From Deltaproteobacteria bacterium (GTDB lineage Bacteria > Desulfobacterota > Syntrophia > Syntrophales > UBA2210), in assembly GCA_019313695.1 (NCBI GenBank), contig JAFDAS010000001.1, positions 530-64,529 on the forward strand: DNA of 64,000 nt, read 5' to 3'. Numbering within the stretch: position 1 is the stretch's first letter; each line of letters begins with the position of its first letter. The position numbers and the translations under genes are program-made. Positions 9,549 through 19,238 of the stretch are shown piece after piece. The notes below the pieces were generated by a model. It had not been told where the DNA came from. It made no database searches and worked only from the letters and a program-made list of their open reading frames with translations.

Positions 9549-10352
9549 ATGAACAGGATTATTGTCTGTGTGAAACCTGTGCCCGATCCGAAACACTGGG
9601 ATAAGGTCAGTATGGACCCTGAAACAAAGACACTGAAACGAGAGGGGATTCCAAACATAATGAATCCCCTCGACAAGCATGCCCTTGAGGCCGCCCTTGC
9701 ATTGCGGGAGTCCCATGGCGGAGAAGTGGTTCTGCTGTCGATGGCGCCGCCCTTTGCGAAGACCACTATTCGAGAAGGGCTCGCGATGGGGGCCGACAGG
9801 GCGGTTCTTTTATCTGACCGCGTGTTTGCGGGATCGGACAGCCTGGCCACGGCCGAGATACTGGCAGCCGGCTGCCGCTGGATAGGGGGTTTTGATATCG
9901 TCCTTTGCGGCAATCTATCCATCGATGGTTCAACGGCACAGATCTGTTCACAGCTGGCGGAGATGCTGGATCTTCCCAATGTGATGCATGTAACCGGCAT
10001 GGAGGAATCCGGCGAGGATAACCTGATAATCACACAGAAGATAGAAAACGGTTATGTAAAGCTTTTCTCCGGGTTCCCGGTAGTGCTTTCCGTGCGGAAA
10101 GAGGTGAATAAACCTCGATATATACCATTCACAGGCATATTGGCGGCAGAATCGAAGGAGATTACGATGCTCTCCAATAAGGATTTGTGTGTGGATCCGG
10201 AGCGCATAGGACTGAAGGGTTCTCCCACAAAAATGGCGGGGCTGGAGGTCCGAAAATTCGAAAGGAAGAAAGAAAAACTGGAAGGCACAGTCGATGATAT
10301 CGTCGAAAAACTGGTGGAGAGGATATACCAGTGCGGCGTGATTGAGTGTTAG
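9549..10352 (+). CDS. etfB: Electron transfer flavoprotein beta subunit
   Basis: MNRIIVCVKPVPD... is a typical EtfB N-terminus. RBS ggaagg precedes the ATG at 9549. Confidence 0.9.
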   Translation: MNRIIVCVKPVPDPKHWDKVSMDPETKTLKREGIPNIMNPLDKHALEAALALRESHGGEVVLLSMAPPFAKTTIREGLAMGADRAVLLSDRVFAGSDSLATAEILAAGCRWIGGFDIVLCGNLSIDGSTAQICSQLAEMLDLPNVMHVTGMEESGEDNLIITQKIENGYVKLFSGFPVVLSVRKEVNKPRYIPFTGILAAESKEITMLSNKDLCVDPERIGLKGSPTKMAGLEVRKFERKKEKLEGTVDDIVEKLVERIYQCGVIEC

Positions 10353-10363
10353 GAGTTTTATCA

Positions 10364-11395
10364 ATGGATGAGAAGAGAAACCGTGATGTATGGGTTTTCG
10401 CGGAGCAGCGGAATGGCGAGTTACATGATGTGAGCCTCGAACTTCTGGGGAAAGCCAGAGATCTGGCGGATAAGACCGGGAGCAAGGTTATAGCGGTTCT
10501 TATTGGTTATCATGTTCGTAAGCTTGCGCAGACGCTTGTCAATCACGGGGCGGATGTGGTCTTTGTCGCCGACGACACCAGGTTGGAAAATTATCGACTT
10601 CTTCCCTATACGCATGTATTCGAAAGCTTGATCAAGGAGCATGGGCCGGATGTTGTGTTAATCGGGGCGACTGCCATGGGGGTTGAACTTGCCCCCCGTG
10701 TGGCGGCAAGAATCAGGACGGGTCTCTCAGCACATTGTATCGATCTAAAGTTGGACGAAAACGGAAATCTGCTTCAGGTGGTGCCCGGATGGGGCGGAGG
10801 AGTTGTCGCGACCATTGCCTGCCCCGATCATCGACCTCAAATGTCCACAGTAATGCCCGGAGCCATGAAGGCTTTGCCGGAGGAGGAGCGTGAAGGGCGG
10901 ATAGAAGAAATGTACGTCGATCTGCCCGACTCAAATATGGGTCCTGAGATTCTTGGAATTGAGCGGGTGGTGGCCGGGGAACAGCCTCTGGAAAAGGCCG
11001 AAGTTGTTGTTGCCGGCGGATGGGGTGTTGGAAGCGAGGAAAACTGGTCGCTTCTGGAAGAGCTTGCACGGCTGCTGGGCGGGGCAGTGGGCGCCACACG
11101 GCCGCCGGTTGATGAAGGTTGGGCCCGGGAAGGGCAGATGGTAGGACAGAGCGGAAAGACCATTCGTCCGACCCTGTATATAGGGGTAGGAATCTCCGGA
11201 GTGATGCACCATGTCGTGGGCATGGATCAGTCGAAGAACATCATCAGCATCAACAGCAATCCTGATGCGGATATCTTCGAAGCCTCCGACGTCATTGTTG
11301 CTGAGGATTTCATGAAAATTCTGCCCCCGCTGATTAGAGAACTTAAATCCAGGGTCAAGAGCTGGAGGAGTATCAACATAAGCGAGGAGAAATAA
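10364..11395 (+). CDS. etfA: Electron transfer flavoprotein alpha subunit
   Basis: RBS AGGAG at 10351. C-terminal FAD block ...GQSGKTIRPTLYIGVGISGVMHHVVGM... Confidence 0.9.
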   Translation: MDEKRNRDVWVFAEQRNGELHDVSLELLGKARDLADKTGSKVIAVLIGYHVRKLAQTLVNHGADVVFVADDTRLENYRLLPYTHVFESLIKEHGPDVVLIGATAMGVELAPRVAARIRTGLSAHCIDLKLDENGNLLQVVPGWGGGVVATIACPDHRPQMSTVMPGAMKALPEEEREGRIEEMYVDLPDSNMGPEILGIERVVAGEQPLEKAEVVVAGGWGVGSEENWSLLEELARLLGGAVGATRPPVDEGWAREGQMVGQSGKTIRPTLYIGVGISGVMHHVVGMDQSKNIISINSNPDADIFEASDVIVAEDFMKILPPLIRELKSRVKSWRSINISEEK

Positions 11396-11396
11396 A

Positions 11397-12854
11397 ATGG
11401 GATTAAGAACAAGGGAAGATTACTTGTCAAGTTTGAAGGAGATGAGGCCGAATGTGTATAAGTTCGGAGAACTCATCGAAGATGTTACCACTCACCCTGC
11501 CACACGTCGTACCGTGGAGAGTCATGCCAGGGGTATAGATGCGGCTCATGACCCGGAATTGGCGGGGATATTTACCACAACCTCGAATTTGACCGGAGAA
11601 ACGATCCATAGAAACACATCATTGATGGGAACGGCCGACGAGATGATGTTCAATTCCAAATTCAAGAGGGAGATGTACCATTTGACCGGAACATGTACGG
11701 GCGCTCTCTGCTGTGGCTGGAATTGTCTGAATGTTATGTGGTCGGTGTCGCATGAGATGGATGAGGAGCTGGGCACAAATTATCATGAACGTGTCAAGGC
11801 CTGGGGCCTGAAGATGCAGGCAAAAGGCCTTCTGGTGTCGGGCGCTCTTTCAGATGCCAAGGGCAACCGCAAGTTGAAACCTCATCAGCAGGAAGATCCG
11901 GACACGAATCTGCGTATCGTGGAGTACAGGGATGACGGCATCGTTGTACGTGGCGCGAAGGTGATGATCTGCGGAACCGCGGCAGCCGAAGAGATATTTA
12001 TCGTGCCCGGCAGTGGGTACGGAGAAGCCGACAAGGATTTTGCCGTATCGTTCGTGATTCCAAAGGACATTGAAGGCCTTACCATTGTGGAGACCAGGCA
12101 TCCAAGCGATGGCCGCGAACTGGAAGATGGTTTCGATGTGCCGACGGAAACAGGCATAACGCAGGCATATCTGCTTTTTGACGATGTATTCGTTCCCAGC
12201 GAACGCGTATTCATGGCGGGTGAGTTTAAATTTACCGGGAATGTTATAGGCCGTTTCACGGCGACGTATCGTGCCTGTATCGGCGCCTGTGTTGCCGGGC
12301 AGGGTGACGTCATGATCGGCGCGGCGGCCCTTATGGCGCGCGCAAACGGCCTGAGCCCGAAGGTGTTCCGGGACAAGATTACCCAGATGGAAATCCTGAC
12401 TGAGACCACATACACTATGGGAATAGGAGCGATCGCCCTCGGTCGCAAGCATAAATCAGGAGTATGGCTCGCAGATCCACTTACGGCGCATGCGAACAAG
12501 GTCCACGTTGCGACGATGCCCTACGAAACGAAGCGGCTCTGTCAGGAGATAGGCGGCGGCATCGCAGAAACGGGATGCCTGCCTTCCTATAAGGATTTGC
12601 AGAATCCCGAATACGGTCATCTTATCAAAAAATATCTCACGGCCGGCGCCGGATCCGGAGAGACAAGAGCCCGGATCGCCCGTCTGATAGAGTGGCTTAC
12701 TCTGGGCGCCGGTGTCCCCGGATGTATGCACGGTGGCGGCTCGCCGGACGGCGCAAGAATGGTCGTATTTGCCGTTTCGCCGTTAGAAAAATATGTAGGA
12801 TATGCGAAGAAAGTGGGCGGAATCGAGGAAGATGTTCCCGAACCTGGGAAATAG
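11397..12854 (+). CDS. abfD: 4-hydroxybutyryl-CoA dehydratase/vinylacetyl-CoA isomerase family protein (AbfD-like)
   Basis: Recalled similarity to Clostridium aminobutyricum AbfD: LRIVEYRDDGIVVRGAKV, ADKDFAVSFVIP, HGGGSPDGARMVV, and a Cys pair CCGWNC at the cluster-ligand position. Confidence 0.8.
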   Translation: MGLRTREDYLSSLKEMRPNVYKFGELIEDVTTHPATRRTVESHARGIDAAHDPELAGIFTTTSNLTGETIHRNTSLMGTADEMMFNSKFKREMYHLTGTCTGALCCGWNCLNVMWSVSHEMDEELGTNYHERVKAWGLKMQAKGLLVSGALSDAKGNRKLKPHQQEDPDTNLRIVEYRDDGIVVRGAKVMICGTAAAEEIFIVPGSGYGEADKDFAVSFVIPKDIEGLTIVETRHPSDGRELEDGFDVPTETGITQAYLLFDDVFVPSERVFMAGEFKFTGNVIGRFTATYRACIGACVAGQGDVMIGAAALMARANGLSPKVFRDKITQMEILTETTYTMGIGAIALGRKHKSGVWLADPLTAHANKVHVATMPYETKRLCQEIGGGIAETGCLPSYKDLQNPEYGHLIKKYLTAGAGSGETRARIARLIEWLTLGAGVPGCMHGGGSPDGARMVVFAVSPLEKYVGYAKKVGGIEEDVPEPGK

Positions 12855-13024
12855 GTAGTATGGAGCCGCTGTCACGGAAAGATTCTCCGGGTGGCGACCC
12901 CTCATGTGATTTTTCAGCTATGACTGTGGCGGAATTGGCCTGGAAAGCCGTATTGACATACCATAATGGCTCATGTATACGCTTCTCCAACGGGCGATAA
13001 AACACTTTTCAAGGGGGCTGTGGC

Positions 13025-14188
13025 ATGCAAAATTTTGTATTTGAAAATCCGACAAAAATAATTTTCGGCAGGGATCAGATAAAGAAGACGGGCCGCGCAG
13101 TAGCGAAATTCGGTAAAAAAGTTCTGATGGTATATGGTCAGGGCAGCATAAAGAGTAGTGGTATTTACAATCAGGTCGTCTCCTCGCTGAAGGAGGCGGG
13201 CCTTGATATTGTGGAATTTCCGGGCGTCAAGTCAAACCCGGTTCTTTCCTGTGCCCTGAAGGGGATAGATGTAGCGAAAAAAGAAGGAGTCGATGTGGTG
13301 CTCGCGGTCGGAGGCGGAAGTGTCATGGATACGGCGAAAACGATAGCGGTGGGGGCAAAAACGGACGATGATGTGTGGGATTATTTTGTGCACGCAAAGA
13401 CGATACAGGATGCTCTCCCTGTTCTGACGGTTGTCACCATCTCCGCCAGCGCGTCGGAGATGAATCCGGCGGCGGTTATCACCAGGGAGGACGGGGCCAA
13501 GAAGTACAGCATCAGGTCCCCCTTTATTCAGCCGAAGGCATCCATCCTTGATCCCACGGCGCTTTTTACACTCAGTCCAGCGTACAGCGCGTACAGCGCC
13601 GTCGACGTGATAGCGCACATGCTGGAACCGTATTTCAAAAATACGGAACCGAACAGTCTCCTCCAGGACAGGCTCGTGGAGGGCCTGATGAAGACAATCA
13701 TGGAAAGCACGGAAATGATACTGAAAGAACCGGCAGATTACGACGCGAGGGCAAGCATGATGTGGGCCGCCATCCTTGCCTTCAACGGCATTACCACGGC
13801 GGGCATGGGAATGATAGGCCTCCCCGCCCACATGGTAGAGCATTCGTTGAGCGCGATTTATAATATAGCGCATGGAGCCGGACTTTCAATTGTCCTTCCG
13901 GGATGGATGTACTATGCCGTTGAAAAAGACCCGGTGAAATTTGCACGATTAGGCCGGGAGATTTTCGGCATCGAGGATAATGACAACCTGAAGGCGGGGA
14001 TTGAGGGAATAAACCGTCTGAAAGGATGGTTTGCGGCCATCGGAAGCCCCGTGTCACTGGGAGATGCGAATATACTTGAGGAAGACATAGAAAAAATCGC
14101 GGAAAACGCGTACGCCCTCGCGCAGATATGGGGGCTCAGGGACTATACCGAAGAGGTGATAGTGGATGTCCTCAAACTCTGCAAGTAA
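13025..14188 (+). CDS. Iron-containing (group III) alcohol dehydrogenase, butanol/4-hydroxybutyrate dehydrogenase-like
   Basis: MQNFVFENPTKIIFG..VLAVGGGSVMDTAK.. and His-rich metal site ..HMLEP.., ..HGAGL... Confidence 0.85.
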   Translation: MQNFVFENPTKIIFGRDQIKKTGRAVAKFGKKVLMVYGQGSIKSSGIYNQVVSSLKEAGLDIVEFPGVKSNPVLSCALKGIDVAKKEGVDVVLAVGGGSVMDTAKTIAVGAKTDDDVWDYFVHAKTIQDALPVLTVVTISASASEMNPAAVITREDGAKKYSIRSPFIQPKASILDPTALFTLSPAYSAYSAVDVIAHMLEPYFKNTEPNSLLQDRLVEGLMKTIMESTEMILKEPADYDARASMMWAAILAFNGITTAGMGMIGLPAHMVEHSLSAIYNIAHGAGLSIVLPGWMYYAVEKDPVKFARLGREIFGIEDNDNLKAGIEGINRLKGWFAAIGSPVSLGDANILEEDIEKIAENAYALAQIWGLRDYTEEVIVDVLKLCK

Positions 14189-14200
14189 AACAGGAAAGCT

Positions 14201-14794
14201 GTGAACCGGATGACAGGCATAATACTATCGGGTGGGAAGAACGCCAGAATGGGTGAAAATAAGGCGTTTATAGAAATAGACGGGGAGAGGATCATTGACA
14301 GGACAATAAGTATCTTCGGGAAGATTTTTCAGGAGATAGTCCTGGTCACCAATTCACCCCTTGAATATCTTGACCTGGATGTTCAGATTGTAACAGACAT
14401 TGTAAAGGGAAAGGCCGCTCTGGGGGGCATCTATACAGGCCTTTTTCACTCATCCTGCGACCATGCCTTCGTATGCCCCTGCGACATGCCCTTTCTGAAT
14501 GGTGATTTTATAAGGTATATGGCAGAGAGGGCAAAGGGCCACGATATTGTGGTCCCGGCTCCCTCCGACGGGCTTCAGCCCCTTCACGCGATATATTCCA
14601 GAAAATGCATGCCTTCTATAAAGAAACTCATCGATGAAGACAGACTGAAGATAACCGGCTTCTACAGAAACGCGAAGGTGCTGGAAATCCCGGCCGGCGT
14701 GATTGCGACTTTCGACCCGGAGGACAGGATGTTTTTCAATATCAACTCGCCCGATGACCTCGGAAAGATGCGCTCGGGGAGCTTGAATCCTTGA
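14201..14794 (+). CDS. mobA: Molybdenum cofactor guanylyltransferase MobA
   Basis: TGIILSGGKNARMGENKAF...LQPLHAIY. The start is uncertain (GTG 14201 or ATG 14210). Confidence 0.8.
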   Translation: MNRMTGIILSGGKNARMGENKAFIEIDGERIIDRTISIFGKIFQEIVLVTNSPLEYLDLDVQIVTDIVKGKAALGGIYTGLFHSSCDHAFVCPCDMPFLNGDFIRYMAERAKGHDIVVPAPSDGLQPLHAIYSRKCMPSIKKLIDEDRLKITGFYRNAKVLEIPAGVIATFDPEDRMFFNINSPDDLGKMRSGSLNP

Positions 14795-14823
14795 CCCCTG
14801 TCCCGACGAGTCGGGATTGGCCC

Positions 14824-14850
14824 CTCTTCTTCAACTAAATTGAAGAAGAA
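14824..14850. terminator. Bidirectional hairpin between convergent mobA and the DUF401 gene
   Basis: cttcttcaa-ctaaa-ttgaagaag forms a perfect 9-bp stem. A short palindromic repeat lies just upstream at 14801-14816. Confidence 0.55.
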
Positions 14851-14852
14851 CC

Positions 14853-16151
14853 TCATGGAAACCGAGACATCATCCATCGTACAAAGAAAAAATACACGAA
14901 ACCTGTTGTAAAGAGGGATATGCAGGGCAGGACAATGTGTTTGTACGCGCGTCCGAAAGCGACTCCGAAATACTGATTGGAGAGCAGAAGGCAGAGGTGG
15001 AGAGGCGAGAGAAAAACCCCTACGATACCACTGACAAGCGCAAGCATGACATAGGCCGGAATAAAGGAGCCTTCACCCATGGAATGGACAAGAGGGACGA
15101 TAATGGGGAAGGTGCTCCCCACAAAGGCTATCGTTATCCCTGTAATCCCTCCCACTATGAAGGGGAGAGCAACGGTAATAAGCACGAGGGGCACGGAAAA
15201 ATCCATGAACTCCCGGCTTATGGCCGCGACGGCATGGCTGTCCTCGAGCATTCCCTTGAAGACCAATATGGCGATAACCATGTAAAACATCTTCAAAAGA
15301 TGCGGGTCTATGACAACCTTACGAATTTTGTGGCCATCCATTCCGTTTTGATGCCAGACGCAGGCTATTGTCAGAACAAGAGCGATAATCAGACCTGCTT
15401 CCTTCGCAATGTGGAAAGCGGGAAAAATGTGCGAGAGAAGTATGCCGACACCGAGACCAATAAGTATCACCATAAGGATGGGAGTAAGTTCTTTTAAAAA
15501 TGGTCCTACGGAGCGTCTTGCCCCCTCCTTTTTTATGGCATGTTTAAGGTCGGCCCCTTTTACGGAAAGAGAACCGAAGAAAATGGCTGCAATGGTAAAC
15601 GGCCACATAACCATCATAATTGTCCAGAGATCTATGTCTGCCAGTGTCACAGAAAGGAGTATTCCCGGATAGAGGGGCCACCAGTATTCCCAGATATGAC
15701 GGTACCAGTAGTTGATGAAACTGAGCTGGTCCGGCCTGAGACAGCTTCTATTCCCCAGTTCTTTTACCATGGGAGCGGAAAAAATCGCGCCTCCGGGCAT
15801 GGGGAGAAGACCGATAAGGGCAGGAAACATGGCGAGATTCAGCCGGGGATTTACCACAAGACCGCGAAAGTTGTTCAGGAGCCGCTCCATATGTCCTCCC
15901 TGCTCCATGCTGCTGCTGAGGACGAGGATGAGTGTAACTACAACGGCAAGGGAAAGGGTCTTGGGCATCACGATCGAGCCGATGACTGAGCGAAACATTG
16001 CATCCGGCGTCAATCCGAAGAGCACACCTATGAGGGTGGCCCCCAGGATGAAGGCATTCCCCAGCGAGACATCCTTTCTGATGGCAATGAGGATGCAAAC
16101 GAAGACTATAAGTATTCTCACGATGGGAGAAATGTTCAGAATAATCGACAT
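14853..16151 (-). CDS. DUF401-family integral membrane protein (putative transporter)
   Basis: Polytopic membrane protein. MSIILNISPIVRIL...ALIGLLPMPGGAIFSAPMV resembles the DUF401 family. Start taken at the internal Met. Confidence 0.6.
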   Translation of the reverse strand: MSIILNISPIVRILIVFVCILIAIRKDVSLGNAFILGATLIGVLFGLTPDAMFRSVIGSIVMPKTLSLAVVVTLILVLSSSMEQGGHMERLLNNFRGLVVNPRLNLAMFPALIGLLPMPGGAIFSAPMVKELGNRSCLRPDQLSFINYWYRHIWEYWWPLYPGILLSVTLADIDLWTIMMVMWPFTIAAIFFGSLSVKGADLKHAIKKEGARRSVGPFLKELTPILMVILIGLGVGILLSHIFPAFHIAKEAGLIIALVLTIACVWHQNGMDGHKIRKVVIDPHLLKMFYMVIAILVFKGMLEDSHAVAAISREFMDFSVPLVLITVALPFIVGGITGITIAFVGSTFPIIVPLVHSMGEGSFIPAYVMLALVSGIVGVFLSPLHLCLLLSNQYFGVAFGRAYKHIVLPCISLFTTGFVYFFFVRWMMSRFP

Positions 16152-16240
16152 ACTATCTCCGCTAACCCGGCGCCCGGGTGACTCCGTCACCGGAAGACAG
16201 GGAGATAATGTTTAAAAGTTCATTTGTCAAGGATTTAAAA

Positions 16241-17290
16241 TCAGTGCGGTAATTGCTTTTTCGTGTTGCCCTGTTCTTTCCGGAAAAACACCTGATTTTT
16301 CCCCTGCCTCTTGGCCTGGTACATGCTGGAATCCACACGTTTTAGAAAAGGATTCACGCCCTCTTGAGGGATATACTGGGCCACTCCAACGCTCACGGTT
16401 TCGTGCAGGGATTCCAGACTGTCCAAGGGGTGAAAGTCCTCATTTTCGTATTCTTCTCTTATTCTTTCCGCGAGAATGGTTGCCGCGTCTCCGGTTGTCT
16501 CGGGCAGGATAACGGTAAATTCCTCCCCGCCGAACCGGTATGCGGAATCCGTTTTTCGCAGGCATCGCCGGATTACCTCTCCCAGCCTGATAAGAACCAC
16601 GTCTCCTTCAAGATGTCCGTATGAGTCGTTGAATTTCTTGAAATTGTCGATGTCCAGGAGCAGAAGGGAGAGGGGGTGACCGTAACGATCGGCCCGCTCT
16701 ATCTCCAGTCTTAACTGGTCGTAGAACTGTCTCGAGTTATAAAGACCGGTAAGAGCATCGGTGATACTCAACGTCCGGTATCTTGCTTCACTCTCTCTCA
16801 ATGCATCCTCGGCAAGCTTGCGGCCTGTTATATCTTCAAGGGTTTCAACTGCCCCTATGAGAGTTCCTGTGGAATCCTTCAGCGCGGATGCGGTGAACCG
16901 CAGCCATTTCCCTTCGCCTTCCAGGGCCGGGAAAAAATCGGTTGCCTCATAGGCGTCTTCTATCAAATCTGATTTCTTGTACTTGCCCATGTACCAGAAC
17001 GAAATTTCGCCCTGGCGCTCGTTCACGATAAGATCGGCCATGGTGGGTCTATATTCATGGTAGAATGCCTTCCAGTGATCTTTCGAACCGATCACATCTT
17101 CAGCCATTATGCCGCTCATCTTCTCCAGCGCCCCATTCCAGTATATTATGCTGCGGTCTTTACCTATAACAAACGCTGGAATGGGAGAGTTTTTGAAGGA
17201 CGCTTTTAACAGCTGTTCTCCTTCTCGGAGGGGCTGTTTGTCTCCCGGGAGGTTGGCGGGCTTTTTTGTGCTGTTGACTGGTTTTGCCAT
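16241..17290 (-). CDS. PAS-domain diguanylate cyclase (GGDEF)
   Basis: The C-terminal domain has RFGGEEF and DIDNFKKFND. A PAS-like region lies upstream. The Met at 17290 avoids overlap with the upstream gene. Confidence 0.85.
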   Translation of the reverse strand: MAKPVNSTKKPANLPGDKQPLREGEQLLKASFKNSPIPAFVIGKDRSIIYWNGALEKMSGIMAEDVIGSKDHWKAFYHEYRPTMADLIVNERQGEISFWYMGKYKKSDLIEDAYEATDFFPALEGEGKWLRFTASALKDSTGTLIGAVETLEDITGRKLAEDALRESEARYRTLSITDALTGLYNSRQFYDQLRLEIERADRYGHPLSLLLLDIDNFKKFNDSYGHLEGDVVLIRLGEVIRRCLRKTDSAYRFGGEEFTVILPETTGDAATILAERIREEYENEDFHPLDSLESLHETVSVGVAQYIPQEGVNPFLKRVDSSMYQAKRQGKNQVFFRKEQGNTKKQLPH

Positions 17291-17300
17291 TTGCGATGTC

Positions 17301-18503
17301 CTAACAGCAAAAGATGCCGTTTTCATAGATTGTGACGGTCTTCCCGTCTGATAGACGGGCGCTTACGATCTTTTCTTCCGTGTTTACCATGTCCCAGTGC
17401 AGCGCCGAGTCGTTGAAACCGAGACTCTTTTTCGTGGCCTTTGTCAACCCGGCTGGATTTCCATTGTATGTTTCGGAGAAAGATGCCCCGAGGGCTATAT
17501 GGCAATTCCCCCATTGGCCCCCATAATTTTCGTCAAAGAGGGTGTCGGCCATGAATGTGTCGATTCTGGAGAAACGCCTGTCTGTAAGGGAAAACTCTCC
17601 AACCCTTCCAGCGCCTCTGTCCATGGACAGTTGTTTTATCGTAAAGTCTTCACCGGTTAAGGCCTCAATTTTGACGGCGCGGCCCTTTTCAAAGACAAGC
17701 CTTATGTTCTCCACGTAATTTCCACTTCTGAAAGAGGGCTGGTTGGCGAAATAACAGCCCTCGGTTCCTCTCCAGTCGGGAGAGAGGAAAAGCTCGAAGC
17801 TCGGTATATTGTGACCTGAAACGCCTATCCACCTTCTTTTCTCTCCCGGTCTTATGCGAAGGTCGATATTCTCAGACTGAATATGATAGTGCGAAACAGT
17901 CATGCCGTTCAACCATTTTTTTATCGCGCCTGCCTCTCTGTATATGGTTTCCCACTTGGAGGCCGGATTGTTGCTGTCCAGGAAACATGCCTTTATTATC
18001 TGGTCGGTGTATTGCGCAAGGGTGAGTTTCGCGTTTTTTGCGAGTTCACGCGTTGGAAATGTGCAGAGTGTCCAGCCGAATTCGCCGATTTCTTCTCTCC
18101 TGTCCAGAATCTCGCGCAGCGCTTTTCTCGCGATCAGTGACTTTGCTATCTTTTTAGGATCCGCGTTTTTCAGGTGGGTAAGGGATTCGGGTGCGCAGAT
18201 AACGATACTTCCATTGAGCGATTCATACAGCTCTTTTTCACCTGGGGGATGGAAAACGAGTTGGCGGCTGTTCGCCCTGTCAAAAAAACCGCGTTCCATG
18301 TTTGCGGTAAGTCCAACGCGGGAGATGGGATTCATCCCCATGCCGAGCAGCCTGTCGTAGAGAATCTCGACCAGACTCAAGGCGGGCGATTCGTAACGAA
18401 TCAGAACAATATCACCCCGTTTGAACCGTCCTGTCCTGGCTTTCAACAGTCCCCACAACAGGGCGTCGGCGTATCTGTTCAACTGGGTTTTGGTCAGCGG
18501 CAT
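17301..18503 (-). CDS. Aminopeptidase, M29 (AmpS/PepS-like) family
   Basis: 400 aa. The N-terminus LNRYADALLWGLLKAR.. and the overall layout match thermophilic metalloaminopeptidase family M29. Confidence 0.7.
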   Translation of the reverse strand: MPLTKTQLNRYADALLWGLLKARTGRFKRGDIVLIRYESPALSLVEILYDRLLGMGMNPISRVGLTANMERGFFDRANSRQLVFHPPGEKELYESLNGSIVICAPESLTHLKNADPKKIAKSLIARKALREILDRREEIGEFGWTLCTFPTRELAKNAKLTLAQYTDQIIKACFLDSNNPASKWETIYREAGAIKKWLNGMTVSHYHIQSENIDLRIRPGEKRRWIGVSGHNIPSFELFLSPDWRGTEGCYFANQPSFRSGNYVENIRLVFEKGRAVKIEALTGEDFTIKQLSMDRGAGRVGEFSLTDRRFSRIDTFMADTLFDENYGGQWGNCHIALGASFSETYNGNPAGLTKATKKSLGFNDSALHWDMVNTEEKIVSARLSDGKTVTIYENGIFCC

Positions 18504-18539
18504 GGGCTCTTTCTCTAAAATATATAGGATACTGTGGCT

Positions 18540-19097
18540 TCATTCATCCTTGAAAATCTTGTCGAAAAACAGGGACTTCTCTTTGGGAAAGTAGATTGTT
18601 GTTCCACGGTCGACTATGAGCTTTCCATCAAGGTGATCGAGCTCATGCTGAACGACGCGGGCAAGGAACCCCGTGTAACGTTTGTTTATCTTCTCTCCTT
18701 TTTCATTGTACGCCTTAACCTTTATGGAGGTAGCTCTGACAACATCGGCGCTTATATCGGGGCAGGACAGGCAGGCCTCCTGCGTCTTTTCCATGTCTCC
18801 CCTTATCTGTGTGATCCTCGGGTTTACAAGGACATCATAATTGCCGTCACCCTTTTTTATCGGTGCTTTGTCGGTGAAGTTCCCATTTCTGAATACCACG
18901 ATTTGTTTGCTTATCCCTATCTGCGGGGCGGCAAGTCCCGCGGCGTCATCCCTTCCAACAAATGTATCGACGAGGGTTTCTACGTCTCTTCTTCCCTCTT
19001 CATCGAAGGGAACCGGGATCTCGTCGGCGTGTCTCCTCAGGAGACTTGCTTCCTCTTTGTTGATCTTTTCATTTTCCCATAATTTCCAAGTCTTCAT
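18540..19097 (-). CDS. def: Peptide deformylase
   Basis: GLAAPQIG, a Cys-containing EACLSCP motif-2 equivalent, and QHELDHLDG motifs. Confidence 0.9.
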   Translation of the reverse strand: MKTWKLWENEKINKEEASLLRRHADEIPVPFDEEGRRDVETLVDTFVGRDDAAGLAAPQIGISKQIVVFRNGNFTDKAPIKKGDGNYDVLVNPRITQIRGDMEKTQEACLSCPDISADVVRATSIKVKAYNEKGEKINKRYTGFLARVVQHELDHLDGKLIVDRGTTIYFPKEKSLFFDKIFKDE

Positions 19098-19238
19098 TTT
19101 TCTTGAACAGGGCCTTTCGGTTTTTTATCTCCGGTTTTTATAACACTATGGGATTGTTATTTCAACGCTATTGAAATAATATGAGAACCCTGATAATTAC
19201 AGCAACGCACAACATAAATAAAGAGAGAATTATTTGAA

